From: Phaeosaccion multiseriatum
Taxonomy: Eukaryota; Protista; Ochrophyta, other classes
Assembly (NCBI GenBank): GCA_965112735.1
Contig: OZ218955.1
Location: 558,001-622,000 of the forward strand
Length of the DNA stretch: 64,000 bases
Direction of reading: 5' to 3'
A program made the translations under genes and the position numbers. Of the stretch, positions 60,587 through 64,000 are shown piece after piece. The notes beneath the pieces were generated by a model. That model was not told the DNA's origin, did not search any database, and saw only the letters and a list, made by a program, of their open reading frames with translations. Every line of letters starts with the position of its first letter. Position 1 is the stretch's first letter.

Positions 60587-62301
60587 CCACGCAAAAAGTG
60601 TCGCTCTCGCCCCGTTGACTACCCCGCTCGCACACACGCGCCGTGAGGGGCTTTTTCTTCCATGCGCGTGTCTCTTTTAACAATTATTGCATCGATGCTT
60701 TAGTCGCTAACTACTTGTGTGTGCGTGCGTGCGTGCGTGCGTGCCTACAGCGAACGCTCAATCCCTTACGAATGGGCAGGCAGCACTCCCCGGCTCATTG
60801 AGAGCCTCCTTCCTTCCAAGCGTCGTCAGGTACTTCACAAGGAATCACACCACCTTGTTGCTTCACTCCTGCTGAGCGGCTTCACGGTGGCTTGTTCCGA
60901 TACGTAAAGCCGCAGCGCAGCCGCCACAGTCGGACACTGGTAGCTACCCACACTCCGACCGTGTCCTGTCTTCCCGCAACCCCGCGCGCGACGCACTCCT
61001 CCCGCCTGAGCCCCCCCTACCTCTCTCTTCCGCCGCGACTATAGTCATGCTCTAATCGCTCTCATCGAATGGAACTCACTGCTTAGATATGAGGCGTGCT
61101 GAGGTGCCTACTGAGGCTTTCGTACATGTGTTACCTTAGAGTTGAGACTCTTGTCGAGCCCGCGCCGTCAGCCAGCAGAGGGGCCATAGAGAGCTCGCTC
61201 AGCAACGTCGAAGGTCAAAGGTAGTCTTCGAAAGGCCTCCCTCCGACCCGGAGCAGCTTCTCCATAAGCAGGCTCACTTTGTACTTGCCCACATGGGACT
61301 GCCTCTCTCGGAGGCGCATCTCATCCTCCAGCTCGCCGATGATATACTGCAGGTATTTGACTCGTCGTAGATATTCACCGCCCTCCTCCGCGGTGGCGTC
61401 AGGGTGGTGCTTGATCCTCTCCAACTCCTTATTAAAGTCCCGGATCTTGAGGAAGAGAGCCCACGCTTGATGCTCCGCCCGCTCCACCGCGGCTCTCTGC
61501 CGTCGGATGTCGGCCTGCAGCCCGCTCACACGAAATACCCTCTTCCGGGCCTCTCGCGCCCTGCTCAGGTAGTCTTTGGGCTGTTGCTGCTGCTGTTGCT
61601 GCTGTTGCCAGGAGGCCCAAGACTTTGGTTGGAGGGAGGATCGCGGCACGTAGAGCTTCTTCGGCGAGGGCGGAAGCGCTTTCTTCCCTCCAGGATGGAG
61701 GAAGTGGTAGAGGCGATCGAGCTGAAGGGGAAGGAGTACGGAGAGCGAGGCGCTAAATACTTCAGTATCGTTTCAACCATTCGAGAGCGAGAGAAAATAC
61801 TTACTTTTCCAGCGCTCTCATCATGGTCCACGTTCGTATCGTCGCTCTCATCATCGCCCCCCTTCGCTCCCTTCGCCTCCGCTCGACAGATGATAAGCGC
61901 GGTTCCGCTCCTCAAGGTGCTTCCTCTGCTCCATTCACAGGCGCTGGAGGCGCAGGGGGGGCACGTCGAGACGATGGAGAACCCCGCGGTGAGCAGGGGG
62001 AAGAGGTGGAAAGAGAGAACGAGGAGAAAGCAATTATAATGTTCATTTTTTTTCTCTTCCCGTGACACGACCTGGGGTCACAGATTGGACACACAACTCA
62101 CGCACTTCAATGTACGTACATTCGTAAATTTTCCTTGGTGGGTTGATTAAGAGCGCTGTATGTGTGCCCTGGTGAATCACCTACTGGGCTGCCTGCTCGG
62201 GTGAAAGCCCCCTTCCAAGCCCTGCTCGCCCTCACCATCTGCTGGCAGCGCGTGCCTTCTGTCTACATTGGGCACCTGCTTACCCATCGCACGCCCACTC
62301 A
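60587..62301 (-). repeat. Right arm of ~1.73 kb inverted repeat (partner 1678-3413)
   Basis: Reverse complement match with few SNPs and indels. Confidence 0.95.
61215..62046 (-). pseudogene. Duplicate of the 1948-2780 gene with a 1-bp deletion at codon 3
   Basis: atgaacattataattgc here vs atgaacaattataattgc on the left; exons 62046-61805 and 61721-61215. Confidence 0.6.
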
Positions 62302-62890
62302 AACATACGTATCTCCTCCGTCATCCTCTCCAGCAGCCCTGCTGAGGCCCCCAGCTCGCCCAGTGTCCAGCCCTCCGCCTCATCCTCCTCATCCCCGTCA
62401 TCTTCCCCCTCCTCCTGTTGCTGCCGCTCGTCGTCCTCCGCCGCCGCGTGAGGCATCGAGGCGGGTACTCCTCCTCTGGGCCTGCGAAAGTCGGGCATGC
62501 ACTCCCGAAGAAGCTTGTACACACCCAACCAATTGTACCTATGCGCTGCCATCTCTAGCTGATCTGACAAATCGTACCGCCCCTCCGCATGCGCCGTCCC
62601 CAAGGCCACATCCACATTCGCCCCCGCACACACCAACTCATCCACCACGTCGTGATGGGCGTAACGGTTGGCTCTATAGAGTGCGCTATAGCCATCCGGT
62701 GTGGCCCGGTCGATGTCCACCCCCTTGTCCACCGCCGTGTAGAGCAGCTCCACCACCACGTCAAAGTCTCCCTTCTCGCTTGCCATCATGAGGGGGGTGA
62801 AACCGCCGGAATCCGCAATGCCCATGTCGGCATTGGCGGAGAGGAGGAGCTTTACCACGTCTGCTAGAGGCGTAAAGGCATACAGGTATG

Positions 62891-62951
<61 letters not shown>

Positions 62952-62993
62952 AATGTACACATACATACATTCATACATACATACGTACACAAT

Positions 62994-63030
<37 letters not shown>

Positions 63031-63535
63031 GTACACATACATACATTCATACATACATACGTACACAATATACATACATACGTACATACATACATACGTG
63101 CATACACACATACATATATATACATACATACATGCATACATACATATATACATACATACATACATACATACATACATACATACATACACATGTGGGTGGG
63201 AGAGGTGGGTGTGTGAGTGCATTGGGGTAGAGACGAGAGGAGGGTCAGGCAGAGAGAAAAGAGTGGAGGGCGGAGTAGGGACAGACATGCATGTCAACCC
63301 CGCTGGCCTCGGCCCGAGTTGAAACTGAAGTAACTGCAATTGGCATGAAACTGAAGGAGGGAGGGACAAGAAAAGAGCGATCGATATATATCATTACCAC
63401 ACATACCCACTCCTCACGACGCACGCACGAACGCACCGATGTGGCCCTTTTGACAGGCGAGGTAGAGCGGAGTGCCTCCCTCATCGTCGGCCTTGTCCAC
63501 GTCAGCGTCGGCTTCAATGAGCAGACGCACAATCT
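62280..63535 (-). CDS. 3' exons of an intron-containing ankyrin-repeat gene; 5' part outside the window
   Basis: 99-nt phase-1 exon 63535-63437 (IVRLLIEADADVDKADDEGGTPLYLACQKGHI) + terminal exon 62860-62280 (DVVKLLLSANADMGIADSGGFTPLMMASEKG...EWACDG*). Confidence 0.8.
62890..63190. repeat. (TA)n/(TACA)n compound intronic microsatellite
   Basis: Direct reading. Confidence 0.95.
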
Positions 63536-64000
63536 CTGCAGGCAGTGCAGGCAGTGCAGGGAGTCGGACAGGGGAATAGAGGCGTATGGGGCACGAAGGG
63601 AGTCAGACAAGAGAATACAGGCGTATGGGGTAGGCAGACAGGCAGAGAGTCGGGCTGTGGAATAAAGGTGTATGGGCGAGGAGGAAGGGGGTCAGGCAGT
63701 GAAAAAGAGGTGTATGGGCAGGCAGGCAGGGAGTCGGGTCGCAGTGGATCATGACATACCGTGGTAGGTAAATAGGTGGGAAGTTAGTGGATGGGTGGGT
63801 GGGGTGGTAGGTGGGTGGGTAGGTGGGTGGGCAGGTGGGTGGGCAGGTGGGTAAGTGAGTAGATGGACGGAGGGTTGGAAGGAGTGGGGGGTTAAAAATC
63901 CACTACATCAAAAACAGGAGGAGGAGCCGACTGATACGGACAAGGTGGGAAGGGGGTAAAAGGGGAAGGAGGGGTTGGAGGAAGGCATGCCATGGAGGGG

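Noticed and set aside
1678-62301. Giant transposon, Polinton or endogenous virus with long TIRs
   Set aside because: No target-site duplication, and no transposase, integrase, polymerase or capsid ORF; the arm boundary falls inside a host gene

Overview
Eukaryotic, intron-rich, GC-rich genomic DNA with microsatellite-filled introns; a plastid-type ATP/ADP transporter and a bipartite-like targeting peptide suggest an ochrophyte alga (inference). Almost the whole window is one ~60.6 kb inverted structure (1678-62301). Two ~1.73 kb inverted arms each carry a copy of a small coiled-coil gene. Inward of them lie tandem ~3.3-3.6 kb units, each with one two-exon ankyrin-repeat gene: 10 copies on + (4026-38771) and 3 on - (51850-60133), two of them frameshifted. 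The arrays point towards a unique ~12 kb core holding a divergent gene pair: an EEF1AKMT4/METTL13-like methyltransferase (-) and an ankyrin+FN3 protein (+). The 13 paralogs have a near-invariant scaffold and C-terminal tail. They vary at the ankyrin target-binding positions, differ by one whole repeat (10 vs 11), and are mosaics of shared repeat alleles, including between opposite arms. This resembles a natural DARPin-like receptor library diversified by recombination. Each unit also carries the 3' end of the core ankyrin-FN3 gene and, typically, three TGAGTCA promoter modules. Other elements: a TIR element with a ~2.3 kb (GGGA)n tract, a probable non-LTR retrotransposon 3' fragment, the 3' end of an NTT gene (left edge) and the 3' end of an intron-rich ankyrin gene (right edge). 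All exon models were derived by eye from GT-AG sites and phase; no database searches were run.
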